From assembly GCA_964016885.1 (NCBI GenBank), contig OZ024740.1:114018001-114082000 (forward strand): 64,000 nucleotides of DNA, given 5' to 3'. This DNA comes from Eledone cirrhosa. Lineage: Eukaryota. Shown here in pieces: positions 24,556-40,188 of this stretch (position 1 is the first letter of the stretch; every line of letters starts with the position of its first letter). The notes beneath the pieces were generated by a model. It was not told where the DNA came from. It was given only the letters and a program-made list of their open reading frames with translations, and did no database searches. The position numbers and the translations under genes are program-made.

Positions 24556-25668
24556 TTATCATTATCATCAATATTATACTAACAACCACCTTCCAACCCA
24601 ATCACACCGTGACATATTTATTTCAATAAAAGTAACAATCCGTCATCACGGAGAAGAGTGAAAATTCTGGTGATTTGCCAAATTTGCAAATCTAATGTTT
24701 TTCCTCGAGCAATTGACTTGATTGTAAAATAGACAAAGTTGTAGTTAACTGATGTTTAACCTTTTAGTTACTATATTTCTAATGAAAAGTAATACATATT
24801 GAATTGAAATATAATTGAAAATAATTAAGAATTTGATGTGATTTATTCATATAATTTGTTTAACTATTTATTTGCTGTTTGGAACATGACTTAAGAAACG
24901 TTCTTACATAATATTATTTTGGGAGGCTTTCTAATCATTATAAGCACTTTATAACAAGTAGTCTTGTAACATTGAACTAGGGGCTGTTCCAAGTGTTTAG
25001 TGTCGAAAGTGTTAATCAGGACACTACTAATTTCAGATTGGGGATATTTTCAAAGCATGAACGACCTTCTCTAAATATAGCCTCGTTCGGCGCTGATTAC
25101 CAGAAGATTGCTCGTATATTTACAACTAACGTATAACAAAAACCCATAAAAACAAAGGCAGTTACTCAAGTTACCTAATGGCCTGGAATTATATAAATAG
25201 GTTGAATGGGTTATAATGCTGATTAGGTTTATGGTGATTCTGTGTATACAAAACATAGAAGAGTGATTCCAATGACGGAAGATGAAAATAGAGTTATATG
25301 AAATTTTGTATTTTATTTTATTATAAAACACTTAGTAGAGAATGTGTTGCAAAATAGTTGGAATTACAAGAAAAGTTTTCTCATATAAGAATTATAAGGG
25401 AAGGATATCGCTGAAGCAGAACTTTTGTAAAGGAATATTAAACTTAGATGCAATTCATTTAAGTATGGATTCATAAGATGGACTTCATTTTCATTCTCTA
25501 GGAACGACTGAAGTAAAAGCATGCTTTCGCATTGAAGTGGAAGATGAGACATTTTTATCTATCCTTCTTCCATTGTCTTTCACCCCTCTCCTCTCCCTCT
25601 TTCTCTCTCACTATATGTATATATGTGTGTGTGTTTGTGCGTGTGATATGTGTATGGGTGTAGGGGGG

Positions 25669-25745
<77 letters not shown>

Positions 25746-25861
25746 CGTGTGACTGTGTTTTTACGTGCGGATGTGTTATGCTTATGGGTGCGTATAGCCA
25801 TTCTCTCTCTCCCTAGATAGATGGACAGATATATAGATATATAGATTGATAGATAGATATA

Positions 25862-26374
25862 TTTCTTTATTTGCCACAAGGGCGCACAAGAAAAGGGGAC
25901 AATATAAAGACACATGCCGGGGATTTTACATACATTCTTGTAAAAATATTGAAACAAACAATTATAACAAACGAAATCCCCAACAGGGGGGAGGCGCCAC
26001 GAATGGGTTGTTTAACACCCCGTCGATAGAACAACCCTCAACTTCAGGAGCGTGTTGTGCAAGTGCTCCTTTCTTCCTTTTGCTCTCTTCTTTAACCTAC
26101 AGGCTTATAAACAGAGAAGGCCCAATCACTCGGGCCATTTTCGCTTCATTCACCCACCTTTCAGTAATTTTACTGGGGTGCAGTGCCTCTCTCTCCACTC
26201 TGATTCTCCTTCTAAAGTGATACTTAAAGAAGGGAATCAATTGTTGTCCGGAGAGAAAGGCATCTGTCCTCAGTCCTCTCAATCTCGTCCACCATATAAC
26301 CTCTTTCACTATAGCCATTGTACAGAGAAAAACCGCCTCTCTTTCGTTTTTGAAAGAGGCTGGCGGTTTGATCC
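25862..26374 (-). mobile_element. Tx1/L1 3' fragment, same subfamily as 50772-55360
   Basis: IKPPASFKNEREAVFLCT...GPSLFISL is nearly identical to the C-terminus of ORF 54441-55139; flanked by (GATA)n. Confidence 0.92.
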
Positions 26375-26420
26375 AGATTCCAGATAGATAGTTAAATAGA
26401 TAGATAGATAGATAGATAAC

Positions 26421-26665
26421 TTTCTTTTTATTTGCCACCAGGGCATCAAAGAGTGGGACAAGTACAATGGGGGGAGTTTACATAAAAAGGCGTCCTCAAT
26501 AACGAAGAGGCAATAACAAATTATAAAAATATAAAAATATAAGATATAACAAAAATAAATTGAATAACAAATCCCCCCCCCCCCGAAAAAAAGTGTGCAA
26601 CGCTTCTCTTCAGGAGCACAGAGAGAGGGTGCTCCCTTGATCTTTCATCTTTCTCACCTATAGTC
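26421..26665 (-). mobile_element. Tx1/L1 3' UTR fragment, different subfamily
   Basis: Ends gccctggtggcaaataaaaagaaag then (TATC)n; begins at the stop-codon context ctataggtgagaaag. Confidence 0.7.
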
Positions 26666-26680
26666 TAGATAGATAGATAA

Positions 26681-27236
26681 ATTTCTTTATTAGCCACAAG
26701 GGCACAAAAGAAGGGGACAACTACAAATGGGGAGTTTACATAAAGGTATATGAAAATAAAACTATTAATACAATAACAAATAACAATTGAAATCCCCAAT
26801 AGGGGGGAGGTGTTACACAGGGGCTGTACACACCCCGAAAAAATGTACAACCCTCATCGCCAGTAGCACCAAGAGTGAGTACTCCCTTCCTCTTTTCCTC
26901 TTTTTCCTCAACCTACAGGCTTATAGAGAGAGAAGGCCCAACCACTCGGGCCATCTTTGCCACATTCACCCACCTTTTATAAAACTTGCTGGGGTACAGC
27001 ACCTCTCTCTCCATCCTGATTCTTCTTCCAAAATGATATTTGAAATAACGAATCAGTTGCTCGCCGGAGAGAAAGGTGTCTGACCTCAGCCCTTTTAACC
27101 TCGTCCACCATATAACCTCTTTCACCATAGCCATAACACATAGGAAAACCGCCTCTCCCTCGTTTTTGAAGGAGGGTGGCGGTTTGATCATGACAATGGA
27201 CTCGGTGGTCAACTGGATTGGTCTCACCCGCGACAA
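26681..27236 (-). mobile_element. Tx1/L1 3' fragment, third subfamily
   Basis: ORF 26913-27236 is homologous to the zf-RVT C-terminus; flanked by (GATA)n on both sides. Confidence 0.9.
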
Positions 27237-27639
27237 TAGATAGATAGATAAATAGATAGATAGATAGATAAATAGTCAGGCAGATATGTAAATGATAATT
27301 ATAGAGAGAAAGAATGAGGTACTGAGATATTGAGTGGGGTGTAAGATACCTAAATAGCTGGAGACATAGATAAACGCGGAATGGGGATTGCATGATTATA
27401 TCATGTGGTGTAGGTGAAGCTGAAGCAATGTGGTGGAATATTTTCCTTAAAATTTGATCGCTCACAGCCCTGACAGGAAGCAGTTCTGACGGTACTGAAT
27501 ATATATATATACTTATATATGATAATGCTTCTTCTGTCTTACATCAAACTAGAGTTCATGGACTACGTTGTTCCATTGGTTGGACGGGCTGAGTAAACGT
27601 GTGGTAGAATGGTAGACAAAGAGATGTAGGACGTGCAAG

Positions 27640-27640
<1 letters not shown>

Positions 27641-27720
<80 letters not shown>
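27641..27720. repeat. (TAG)n microsatellite
   Basis: Direct observation. Confidence 0.95.
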
Positions 27721-27722
<2 letters not shown>

Positions 27723-28194
27723 AGGTGGCGAGGTGTTGTAATATAAGCAGTAAGGGAGGAGATATTCTCGCTATGTAATTTGGCATGTAGTTAAAACTGT
27801 ATAATAGTTACATTGGTGGTTGAGATGCCGGTGTATTTGTAATGTTGGTATTGGTGTAACTGTTAGGGGTGGTCCCGTTAGTGGAAAGATGTTGCTAAGG
27901 ACAGATTTAACCATTACACAAATTTGTCGGCCATCTGCAACGCAGACCTCAGAGAGGCGCATTACTGATTTTTAAATGATCACAGTTTTATACAGATATA
28001 TATAATTAATCATTTCCTGTAACCAATAAATAAATCATTATACATCTTTGTAGTGGAGCAGAAATGTCCAAAGTTTAGAAATGTTACGTTATCTATGTTA
28101 TTAAATATCTTCAACTAATAGACAAACCATCAACATTCAGTGAAAACAACATTGGTGTAACTTTCTTCAAATCTATCAATAAGGATTAAGTGTC

Positions 28195-28325
28195 AGTCTT
28201 CCTGGTTCCGGCTTACAGAATGGAGAAGACATTTCCCTGGAAGACAGCGTGATGGAACAGCCACTCCACCTCACGGGGCTTGGGCATGCGGGTATCCAAC
28301 TCTACTTCGGTAGCAGTGCGTAGAG
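28195..28325 (-). mobile_element. CRE-clade 3' remnant
   Basis: Minus strand reads VELDTRMPKPREVEWLFHHAVFQGNVFSIL*, homologous to RELEWLFQRVSLAVLRGNAFSIL at ~14600-14665. Confidence 0.7.
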
Positions 28326-29623
28326 GTGTATTAGGAGAGTTGATGTTAGTGTTGGCTAATATACTATGTGCAGGGGAAGACAGTGAAAGTGTGGCTCCTA
28401 TGGTAATAGAATTGGCATAATGGCACCTATGGTAATAGAATTGTTGTTGTTGTTGTTTTGGTGTTGGTGGGGATGATTATAGTGGGGGTGTTGGGGATTG
28501 TAGTGGTAGGAATGTTGTTGATTGTAGTTTGGTAGCAATGGTAGCCCTTGTGGTGGTGGAGTACTAGTGTCGGTGGCAGTTTTGGTGATGTCGATTTTTG
28601 TAGTTCTGGTGATGGCGGTGCTGGTTGCAGATGTTTTGGGATGGGAGTTGATGGTCATGATGGAATAGAACTTGTCTGCTGTTGGTTAGCGTTAGTCGTA
28701 TTCATGAGGTCATTCTTTGCCTTCATAATGATGTTGATGGAGATATTGAAGTAAATGGGGATGATGGAGACGGTGATAGTGACGATGATAGTAACGAGGA
28801 TGATGAAGCTGATACCAAAGGTGATGACGCGACTGGTGATGTTTTCTTTATTCCGTGTTGTGAAGTGAGGCTGATATTGTTGATGATTTGAAATACAATG
28901 TGGCAGACTGAAAATTGCAGAGAGTAATTGGCTGTATTATCATCAGCGAGCTGATTGTCACATAGTAGTTGTTCTCGTTGTTGTTGATGTTGGTGTTGCT
29001 GCTCGTGTTGTTGTTGTTTGGGTGAAGGAAACAGAAATGAAAGGATTGTAACTGACAGGAGGTGGTTTCTGAAGTGATATGATGGGGCTTGTATTGGATA
29101 TGCTATCAATGGTGGTGAATAAGTGTCTGTGGTAGTAGAGAGAGGATAGATAACAATACCGTTGAGGTAGCGTTGGAAGTCGCTGAAAACGCGTTCGATA
29201 TATTTGGTTTACTAGTAAAAGCTGTTATGTTTATCCAAAGATAAACATAATAATTGTGTTGACGAATCATACCATTATTGATGCAGCATTATATTTTATG
29301 TATGGCCAAAAGTCATCCAGGTCAATTTTGTGCTTAATCTATGCGTGCTTGATAAATAATGTAATTGACCAGTAGTGGGGGTCGAACTTGTATACCTCTT
29401 TCTCTCCTTCCACATTCTTTGGAAGTAATCGGCCATGTTAAGACCTAGAGATGTGATGCGCTCTGCCGGATTAAATACCCAAAACACGCTGTATATATCA
29501 ATAGCCACTTTATAGCTGCATCAGTTGTTCAGATCTGAGAGAATTCGAGTCAAACACAACACGCATCTACCTATCTGCCACATGTATTGGAAACGTGTTT
29601 ACGTCCGCAAGTTTATTATTGTA

Positions 29624-29980
29624 CAGGTTGGTCCGAAAGTCTTGTCTACCCGTACCAAAAAGTAATGTGAAAAACAGTTTATATTCCCATCGCAGTATCG
29701 TCCTCTTCAGAGGAGCTGGTTTGCCGAATGTTACAGTGAAGTCATGTCGCACATCCTCTATGCTCTTGCCAGAATGCACATAATCATGTGTCCATACACT
29801 TGCAAGCATCCTCTCTTCCAAACTGTAGGAGCTCGTCTCAGTCATCTGAAATAGAAAATTATATTATTAGTATTATTATTAAATATTATAATTAATGATA
29901 TTATATGTTATATTATTAAAACAAAAAATAAAGTAAGTTAAAACAATATGTAGGGGTGACAAGACTTTCGGACCACTCTG
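29624..29980 (-). mobile_element. Internally deleted mariner/Tc1 element (357 bp)
   Basis: TIRs caggttggtccgaaagtcttgtctaccc / ggggtgacaagactttcggaccactctg with TA on both sides; retains the HTH-like N-terminus YSLEER...DFTVTFGKPAPLKRTILRWEYKL. Confidence 0.88.
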
Positions 29981-30383
29981 TAAGTTCATCTGAAGAATGT
30001 TTCTTTTAACTGCTGTAAGCCGCTATGGTGGTATTTACTCGAATCATACCAAGAAAGTGCTCCTGGTATATGCAATCATACCTTGTTCTTCATCAACATA
30101 TTTGGGGTCCATTTTCCTCTAGAGCAAACTTTAACTAGCTCATAATCATTCTATCGGGTAAAGTGAAATAGCACTGTGTCAACGGCTTTGCTTTTAACGT
30201 CCCACACACACTCTACTCAAGCTCTCAACTTTTTTTCCTATTTCTCAGCAACGCAATTTATATCAAAGGTCCCGTCTCTTTGAGGAAGGCTGGAAAGGCT
30301 TTCCTTTTTTTTTTGTATTTATATGCACTCTTAATTTTTTTCTTTGCTTGGCAACACGCGTGCATGTGTTATCACCATTAATT

Positions 30384-30482
30384 CGGGGTTAACTTTGCCT
30401 TTCATCCTTACGGGGTCGATAAAATAAAGTACCTGTAATGTACTGGGTAATTGCTGGCCTTGTGCCAAAAGTAGAAACAATT
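30384..30482 (+). mobile_element. 5'-truncated SINE
   Basis: Body and tail of the 24363 subfamily. Confidence 0.85.
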
Positions 30483-31284
30483 AATATGGTTATCGGTGGA
30501 AGTCTGTGGCTTATTGGTTAATTCTCTTATTGTAAGAGCATTGATTTTGGTTCCAACGTCAAATTTTATCATTGATCAAGACACTCTATTTTACGTTGCT
30601 CCAGCCCACTCAGCTTGAAATAATTAGTTGTACAAAGGCCAGCTTTTTTATACATTATGTCATGTTGAATCTCCATGTGAAGGTAGCCCGTGCATTTGGA
30701 ATGCTATGCCACATAAATACATGCCGCAAATCATGTTGACTGATAGTTGTTTTTGATGTAGGTACAAGACCATGAGATTAGTACTGCTACTGGTAAGAAT
30801 AACATCGTCAACGCCAACAATAATAGTATTAAATTATTGCCTTATGTTTTCTACACAATAACGTTCATGTTTAACGATCTCTCTCCGCTTACACTCCATT
30901 ACCATTATGGAAATTTCTACTGAAATATACCAGATAACGTATCATTGTATATAATAGAAAAATAATGATTTCTTAGTAAAACCCCATGGCACCTGATTTA
31001 ACGAGATAACTCATGTGAGAAACAAGAAATTATACATGATGTGATCCAATAATTATTATGATTAATGTTAAACTTATTATAATCGACCTGTCACTTACGA
31101 ACACTGACTCAAAGTGGTTTGATACCTTGGTTAAAGCCCATCACTACTTCTACTACTACTACTACTGGTGGTGGTGGTGGTCTAGGTTTGTTATTTTTAT
31201 TATTTCAGTTTTGGTAATGCGTCCGACAACATGCTTTGTTGTGTATAGCTACGTCCCTTTACACACTGAGGGCAAATACCATCG

Positions 31285-32065
31285 ATGTTAGTTTTGCCTT
31301 TTATCCTAACGGGGTCGATAAATAAAGTGTCAGTAATTCACTGGGGTCAATTTAATCAACTTTCCCCTCCCCCAATATTGTTGTCCTTGTGCTTAAATCA
31401 TTATTATTGTTGTTTCTCTTATTATTATTATTGTCGGTGGATTGGCATTTTCAGTAGAGGGTCGAACGCCATGCTTTGACGCATAGAGATGCGGTCCTTT
31501 ACAGTCTGAGTTCAAATCCCGCCGAGGTTAACTTTGCCTTTCATCCTTACGGGGTCGATAACATAAAGCACCAGTAACGTACTGGGGTCGATTTAATCGA
31601 CTTTCCCCTCCCCCAAAATTATTCTCCTTGTGCCTATACTAGAAATCATTATTATTATCATCGGTGGATTGGCAGTATCGGTAGAGAGTCGAACGCTATG
31701 CTTTGATGCATAGAGTTACGGCCCATGTCATTCTGAGTTCAAATCCCGCTGAGGTTAAACTTTGCCTTTCATCCTTACGGGGTCGATAAAATAAAGTACC
31801 AGTAATGTACTGGGATATTTGCTGGTCTTGTGGCAAAAGTAAAAACAATTATTATCATTACTATTAGGGCGGCGTATGATTTGTGGCATAGAGTTATTGC
31901 TCTTTACGTTCTTAGGTCAAATCCCGCCGAGGTTAGCTTTGCATTTCATCCTTACCGGCTCGATAAAATCAAGCACCAGTAATGCACTGAGGTCGATATA
32001 ATCAACTTTTCCGTCCCGCAAACATTGCTGGCCTTGTGCCTCTAGTAGAAATCATTATTATGATT
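31285..32065 (+). mobile_element. Head-to-tail cluster of four SINE copies (~31285, 31434, 31662, 31868)
   Basis: Repeated body motif, with B-boxes in three copies; separated by (ATT)n tails. Confidence 0.9.
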
Positions 32066-32362
32066 ACTATCAATTTTAGTAACAGAAACTTGGCATGTAA
32101 CTGAAGATTGTGAGATGTTAAACTTTTAATTATCTCGGTCTATGATTATAAAACACCAAAACACCCCGTAGATAATATTTTTAATGTCAGCCATTGCAAT
32201 CTCCAGTGTAATAATATCATCTCGTAATCTATAAGACATTATTACTAGTGTTTAGTTAGATAGCTAATAGTATTATGTTATCTTGCTAAACTCTTCCTCC
32301 ATCTGTGTCTGTTTTTATCAGTCTCTCCTTTCTCTCTGTCTTTCACACACACGTAAACAGAA

Positions 32363-32440
<78 letters not shown>

Positions 32441-34029
32441 TAAGAAGAGAGAGATAGAAAGTGAAAGAGATAGAGGGAGAGAAAGAAAGATAATCTCACG
32501 CACATCGTGGTCTCTTTGTAGTATTAACTACATTGCATTTTAACCACATTTTAAAGAATCTTTCGTTTATAGTTGACCATGGATCTTGCTCTTGACGATT
32601 CCTTTACAAGGCACAACCCTTCGCACTCTGTTATGGATGACATACAGTCAACCACACATGCAAGTCTCTCTACTCCTCAACACCGATGTGTTGGAAAGTC
32701 AAATAGTCAATAGAACCTAGCACAAATAATGTCTCATGTGAACTCTAAACGTTAAGATAATAAAGTAATACCACTATAAAGCTCATTAAAAATTCCATTA
32801 ATCTACCGTCCTGAACTGGTACTTTATTGTTTAGTTCACTATTAAATGAAAAGCAACGGTTATATCGATTTGATTTGAACACACAGCGCTGAAAGCAGAG
32901 ACAAAGAAGGCGAGAGCTTTTAACTCGACGCTGTAACAACTCTGGAAAGTCACAACCATATACTCTGTAAAACAGATTGTATATTGAAGAGCTAAATACA
33001 TATTTTAATTTTTTTTCTGAGTGATAGTGAAAGCATTGCTAAGACCACGTTATGAACGATGCGTTCGTGTTTATTTTACGTAATCGATCGAAAAAGAGTT
33101 AAATCGATATTAGAACATGACTGGTATCATATTTTCCGATTCGATGCAATGAAATGTAAAATAGTTATATAGAAAATATATATATACGTAGACACAAACA
33201 TGCACGCGCGTACAGACAGCCTTATATGCACATACATATAAGGATGTGTGTTATAAGAATATTTACAAGATAAAACAAGACAACGAACGAAGACAAGGGA
33301 AGACGAAAAACAATATTGTGTGTGTGTATGTGTGTGTGTGTGTGTATGCGTGTGTGCTTATCTGTGTGTGTGTGGAATGAACAGTTTGTCACAGCTATAG
33401 TGCTGAATAGCGTGCCGTCTTCGATTCAAGTCTACTCCCTGTTTCTGTTTGATGTAATCCTGTAACCAATTACCTAAACTTTGCAATGTACCGTTGATGA
33501 TGTCGCCAAAGTATTATGTCATGATCTGGTGATGGAAAAAGTTCATAGAAATACGTATTGTGAGTTTACAACATTAAAAGAATATTTGGTATCCTGCCTT
33601 TTGGATATATATATATATCTATATATATATATATATATATATATCCACAAGGCAGGATATTAATTGTATCTTGCAATCATAGAATTAGAAGAACCTTCAA
33701 ATATTATAAACCTAATTAATATATGCCTTACTCTTATTTGTTACAAATTATTATATTTGTTTTTCTTATTTAGTTAAACTATAATTAGTATTTTACTAGA
33801 GAGATTTTTATAATTTTATTACAGCTCTCTTTTCCTAAAATTACTTTTAACCACACTAGTTCAATTAATCGCATCCCCTATTTATCACATATAATACCTA
33901 TGATTATTAAATATAATTAATATCTTTAATATCATCAATGTCCGTATAGATACAATACTCTTTATAAAAAATGTTTATCTACTTCAGTTTTTTCATATAT
34001 TTATTTGTTATTGCTTTTATTTCATACTT

Positions 34030-34400
34030 CTTTATTTATCACATTCATATGAATTAATATAATTTTATCCCTGTTAGTATACCTATAAATTAATTTAATT
34101 TCCTGTTATGTATTTAGATTCCTTGTAGTTTAAATAAGATTAGTATTTCTCACTAATATTCTTATCCCAAAATTTTATTTTCCTCTGTTCTTAACAGCAT
34201 TCTTTAAAAACATCAACTTTTTATTTATCACATTCATATAAATTAATATAATTTTATCTCTGTAAGTACACCCATCAATTAATTTAATTTCTTGTTATGT
34301 ATCTAGATTCCATGTGGTTTAAATAAGATTGGTATTTCTCACTAATATCCTTACCCCAAAATTTTATTTTCCTTCGTTTTTAACAACACTCTTTAATAAC
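34030..34400. repeat. Diverged ~190-bp tandem duplication in AT-rich DNA
   Basis: ttatttatcacattcatat..aattaatataattttatc... occurs at ~34032 and ~34222. Confidence 0.85.
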
Positions 34401-34833
34401 TAAATTTTCATGTACCCTTCAATATCTTCTTGACTTGACCCCATTTCACCCACATTGTATTATTTTCATTCAAAGCATAAGTCTGCACTCCTCTACCCCT
34501 AGATTTAATTTTCTACTACTATTATTCTATCAACTTGACCTCTAACTCCTTTTCCATTGATCAATTCAAAACCTGTTCCCAAACAGACTTTTTATATTAA
34601 TTCTTTGTTCAATAAACACATCTCATCATTTCTGAGGACAGCATGTATATGTGAAGGTATGTATATTTCCTCTGATAATTTGTAATATTTGTACATAGAT
34701 CTTAAACATGATATACATACCAACACACATATACATCCCAGAAACGATCGTAAAATGATGAATTTTTTAATATAAGGAACTTGCTCTTTGTTTTTATTTC
34801 ACTGTTTTTAATAATATATATATATATATATAT

Positions 34834-35254
<421 letters not shown>

Positions 35255-35642
35255 CATTTTATGATCGAGTTGAATGAATAGACACACATACACACACACA
35301 CATATTTATATATATATAGCGGGAGAGTGTGGGGAGAAAGAGAGATATGTATACATTTATATATATATAGAGAAAGTGAGATCAAGAAAAGAAGGACAGA
35401 GGCAGAGATAGAATACAAATAATTTTAGAAACAGTTAGCCTTTAGCATAAGGTGTGAAGAAGATTGATCTTACAGAATTCGTTCAGCGATCCGTAAAGCA
35501 TATAGCAGTAAAATTGACATGAGTTGAAACTAAAATTGCCAACGCCTATTGTTGACAATCACAGCATATTAACTTTGCATATCAAATTACTATAAACATA
35601 AATTCCAAAAATGAAAATAAAAACATTTCATAAATATATATT

Positions 35643-35704
<62 letters not shown>

Positions 35705-35720
35705 TATATATATATATACG

Positions 35721-35754
<34 letters not shown>

Positions 35755-35775
35755 CACACACATATATATACATGT

Positions 35776-35830
<55 letters not shown>

Positions 35831-36519
35831 TGTGTGTGTGTCTCATTGTTTTCAACTCATTCTCTTTGTACTTATCTCGATGATATTCAATTTTTTTATG
35901 TCTTGACGAGAAGGGCATTTCACCTGGCGCCATCTTTTGTCTAGACTTCATGACAGTTATATTTTAATATCTCACAAAATAGTTGTATATAAGATGTATA
36001 CTTGAATTTGATATTCTAGTCTTGCCTCTTTATATATTTTCTTTTAGGAGGATTTTTTTAAAGGTATGCTTAATTTGTCCGATAAACATATTTTCTAGCT
36101 GAAATGCATCCGTAACCCTATGTAGCCATACTAGTAATGAAATAATACACTATATCTCAATTAATTAATGCAATTTTACTGATTTAATAAACGTATTACT
36201 AAGATAGTAATACATGTTAGAAGATATTAATTTAAATACGAGTAATTTTATTCAAAGTACGAGAGTTGGTTTTGATCAAATTGTTATTTAAAGGGCTGGT
36301 ATCCTATGTTAGTTTAATCAACTATATAAATATTTGCTACACCTTTTTTTCATCGTTTCGAACGAAAAGGAATAAATTTTTGTTGATATAACTATAAATT
36401 TGTCAATCACACAGAACAAGAAAGTAGCATTGAAAAGGAATATAAATGACATAAATGGGAGGATAGTGAGGGAAAGAGCAAGGAATATTGGGCAAATGAG
36501 GAAAGAGGGAGAAAAGGGA

Positions 36520-36950
36520 GCTGCTGGCTTAATTTATATCTAGGTCGAACCGGTGTTTCGGCTGCGCTCTGCGGACAAAGTGGCCAGGGCATTTCCGCGG
36601 ACAATGGCCAGCGACACATGATGCAAAAACCACCCCATCTCAGACGGGCTGTTGTCGTCCTGATTTTATGGAGGAGGTCAGCTGTACGGGTTCCGAAGGC
36701 ACCAGAGTTCTCGATGTCGACCGATGGTAAGAGGAAGCGGCCGGACAAGTCACGGTATCTGCTTTTGTCTTCCTGTCCTCTGCATTGCGGGCGGCGGTAT
36801 CAGGTGTTTGTGACCAAAATAACTATGTTGGAGGCGGAGAACATTTGCAGCATCTCGCGTCCCAGATGAGGGATTTACATGCTTAGCATGGGAAGATCCT
36901 TTGAGAGACTGATACCTGGGTAACCGACCTGCTCTCTGGTAGCATGAAAA
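36520..36950 (-). mobile_element. CRE-clade 3' remnant, next to (TTC)n
   Basis: Minus strand SGRFLLPSVDIENSGAFG and HVSLAIVRGNALA. Confidence 0.75.
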
Positions 36951-37095
36951 GATTTGAAAATTAACTTCTTCTTCTTCTTTTTCTTCTTCTTCTTCTTCTT
37001 CTTCTTCTTCTTCTTCTTCTTCTTCTTCTAACAATATATATTACAAGTATAATATTCTAGTGTGACATAAAAGTGTGTTCACCAATAGGCAATGG

Positions 37096-37187
<92 letters not shown>

Positions 37188-37571
37188 CCACACACACACA
37201 CACATACACACATACAATTAGCTGTTTATGAATGCCAAAAAAATAATATATTTACTAAGTTCGATGAGTTAAAAGTTCTGCAATCATGTAAAATATTAAG
37301 AAAGATAACTTTTCAATACATTTTCCCACTTAAAGTCAACTGTGGGAGGTTACAAAACATGTTGCCACAGTGTAGACAAAATGTGGTACATTTGACTTAG
37401 TTTATCGTTGTGAATTTGACAGCGTGTTAATCGAGAATACATATATACGTGTGTGTAGTAGTAGAATTGATAATACAATAGTACGTTTTCGCGCATGTAT
37501 ATTTTATGTGTGTGTTTGTCAATAAAATACACAAATCGCGTGTACACTTGTGATTTTGATTCACGTTTTCA

Positions 37572-37925
<354 letters not shown>

Positions 37926-38399
37926 CGTAACACACATATATATATATACACATATACTTATAAATGTAAATACTTATATATGCATGTATACAGACACACA
38001 CATATATGCATATATGTGTGTGTTCTATTGATATTCATGTATATAAATATATATATATATATATATATGGAAGCATACGCACGCATTTATATGGGTAGAC
38101 ACGAAAACATGCGTGAAAGACATAAATTTCTCCCCTTTATTGAATTAGTTGCAATAAGCCACAATAAGCTAAATGAGAAATATCTAGTAGATGATATAAT
38201 TAATGCCTGGAGGGGGAGAAAGTGTGCCGTATTCACTGTGAGGGTCATTGTAAAGCCTCTTTAATTAACCACTCTTTATATTCTTATAACCATATAATAG
38301 AGATGCTATTCCCATATTATGTATATAAATGTAATTGTATGTAAGCCTTTACATATATATATATACACATGTATATGTGTGAGTACATATGTACAGACA

Positions 38400-38401
38400 A
38401 A

Positions 38402-38479
<78 letters not shown>

Positions 38480-38611
38480 GTGTGTGCGTGTGTGTGTGTG
38501 TGCGTGTAATATGTACCCCTGTCGGAATGAATTGTCCTAAACAACTACGCTATAATTACACGAGGAGGGATCTTTTATATTTTATATATATTTATGTTTA
38601 TATATATAAAT

Positions 38612-38693
<82 letters not shown>

Positions 38694-38714
38694 TTATATA
38701 TATATACATGCATG

Positions 38715-38793
<79 letters not shown>

Positions 38794-38831
38794 TTATATA
38801 TATATACATGCATGTATATATATATATATAT

Positions 38832-38886
<55 letters not shown>

Positions 38887-38939
38887 TATATATGTACATA
38901 TATATATATATATATATTTATTTATATATATACACATGC

Positions 38940-39005
<66 letters not shown>
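38400..39005. repeat. Compound (TA)n/(CA)n microsatellite field with higher-order repeats
   Basis: Direct observation; tttatttatatatata(ta/ca)catgcatgta recurs three times. Confidence 0.9.
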
Positions 39006-39626
39006 ATGTATATCTACGCCCTCCTGAAAATATCTCATCCTTTCCGGCATGCTCTATTCTACCTCTGATTTGCAACAATGGTTGGAAACCTGGACTATGT
39101 TAACTTTTGGGGGAAGTAAAAGAAAGAAGAATCGGTAGCAACAGCACAAACAGAAGAAAAAAATACAGAAAAAATAATTAAATAATACATATATATGTAT
39201 AACGAAAAATCTTTTTACGAAAAGCAACATAAAAAAATTAAAAAGAATAAAAAAACATTTTTGTTTTGGGGAATAGTGGTAGTTGTTATAGTGATGGTGA
39301 TGATGATGGTGAGAGCGAATTACATGACGAAGGGTTTCCAAAAAATGGATGTCATCAGGTAAGTATTGTATTCTCAAGAAGAGGTTGTCAAACACTCGAC
39401 TTTGGAATTAAGTTCCATTTTGTTGTTCTTTATCATTATTCCTTTGTTTGCATTTTCTTGCCGATATACGCCTTTGGTCATCTTTACCTAGCATTACTTT
39501 ATCACTGCTGTTGTTGTTGACGATGATCTGGTCGTTCAATCTGGCTGTTGATATTTACATATATATTTATAATGTTTGATTCATTGCAGTTGTTACTGTT
39601 GTTGATTTTATTGTTTTTTTTTTTTT

Positions 39627-39826
39627 CTTCTTCTTCTTCTTCTTCTTCTTCTTCTTCTTCTTCTTCTTCTTCTTCTTCTTCTTCTTCTTCTTCTTCTTCT
39701 TCTTCTTCTTCTTCTTCTTCTTCTTCTTCTTCTTCTTCTTCTTCTTCTTCTTCTTCTTCTTCTTCTTCTTCTTCTTCTTCTTCTTCTTCTTCTTCTTCTT
39801 CTTCTTCTTCTTCTTCTTCTTCTTCT
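39627..39826. repeat. Pure (TTC)n tract of ~200 bp
   Basis: Direct observation. Confidence 0.98.
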
Positions 39827-39972
39827 CATCATCATCATTATTTTGATAACAAGAGATTTTCATAAAGAAACGGCAGCATATGCAGTCAGAGTGAGGTAAT
39901 GAGGATGATACATATACACGCGCGTGCACACACATATATATATATATACAATCGAAATACACACACACACAC

Positions 39973-40041
<69 letters not shown>

Positions 40042-40042
40042 C

Positions 40043-40080
<38 letters not shown>

Positions 40081-40140
40081 TTCATTTAATATTCTTTATA
40101 TTTTACTATTTTTCCAACAAACTCTCACACAGACACACAC

Positions 40141-40188
<48 letters not shown>

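Noticed and set aside
28330-29200. Acidic and Q-rich ORFs
   Set aside because: Explained by degenerate (GAT/GTT/GGT)n low-complexity DNA.
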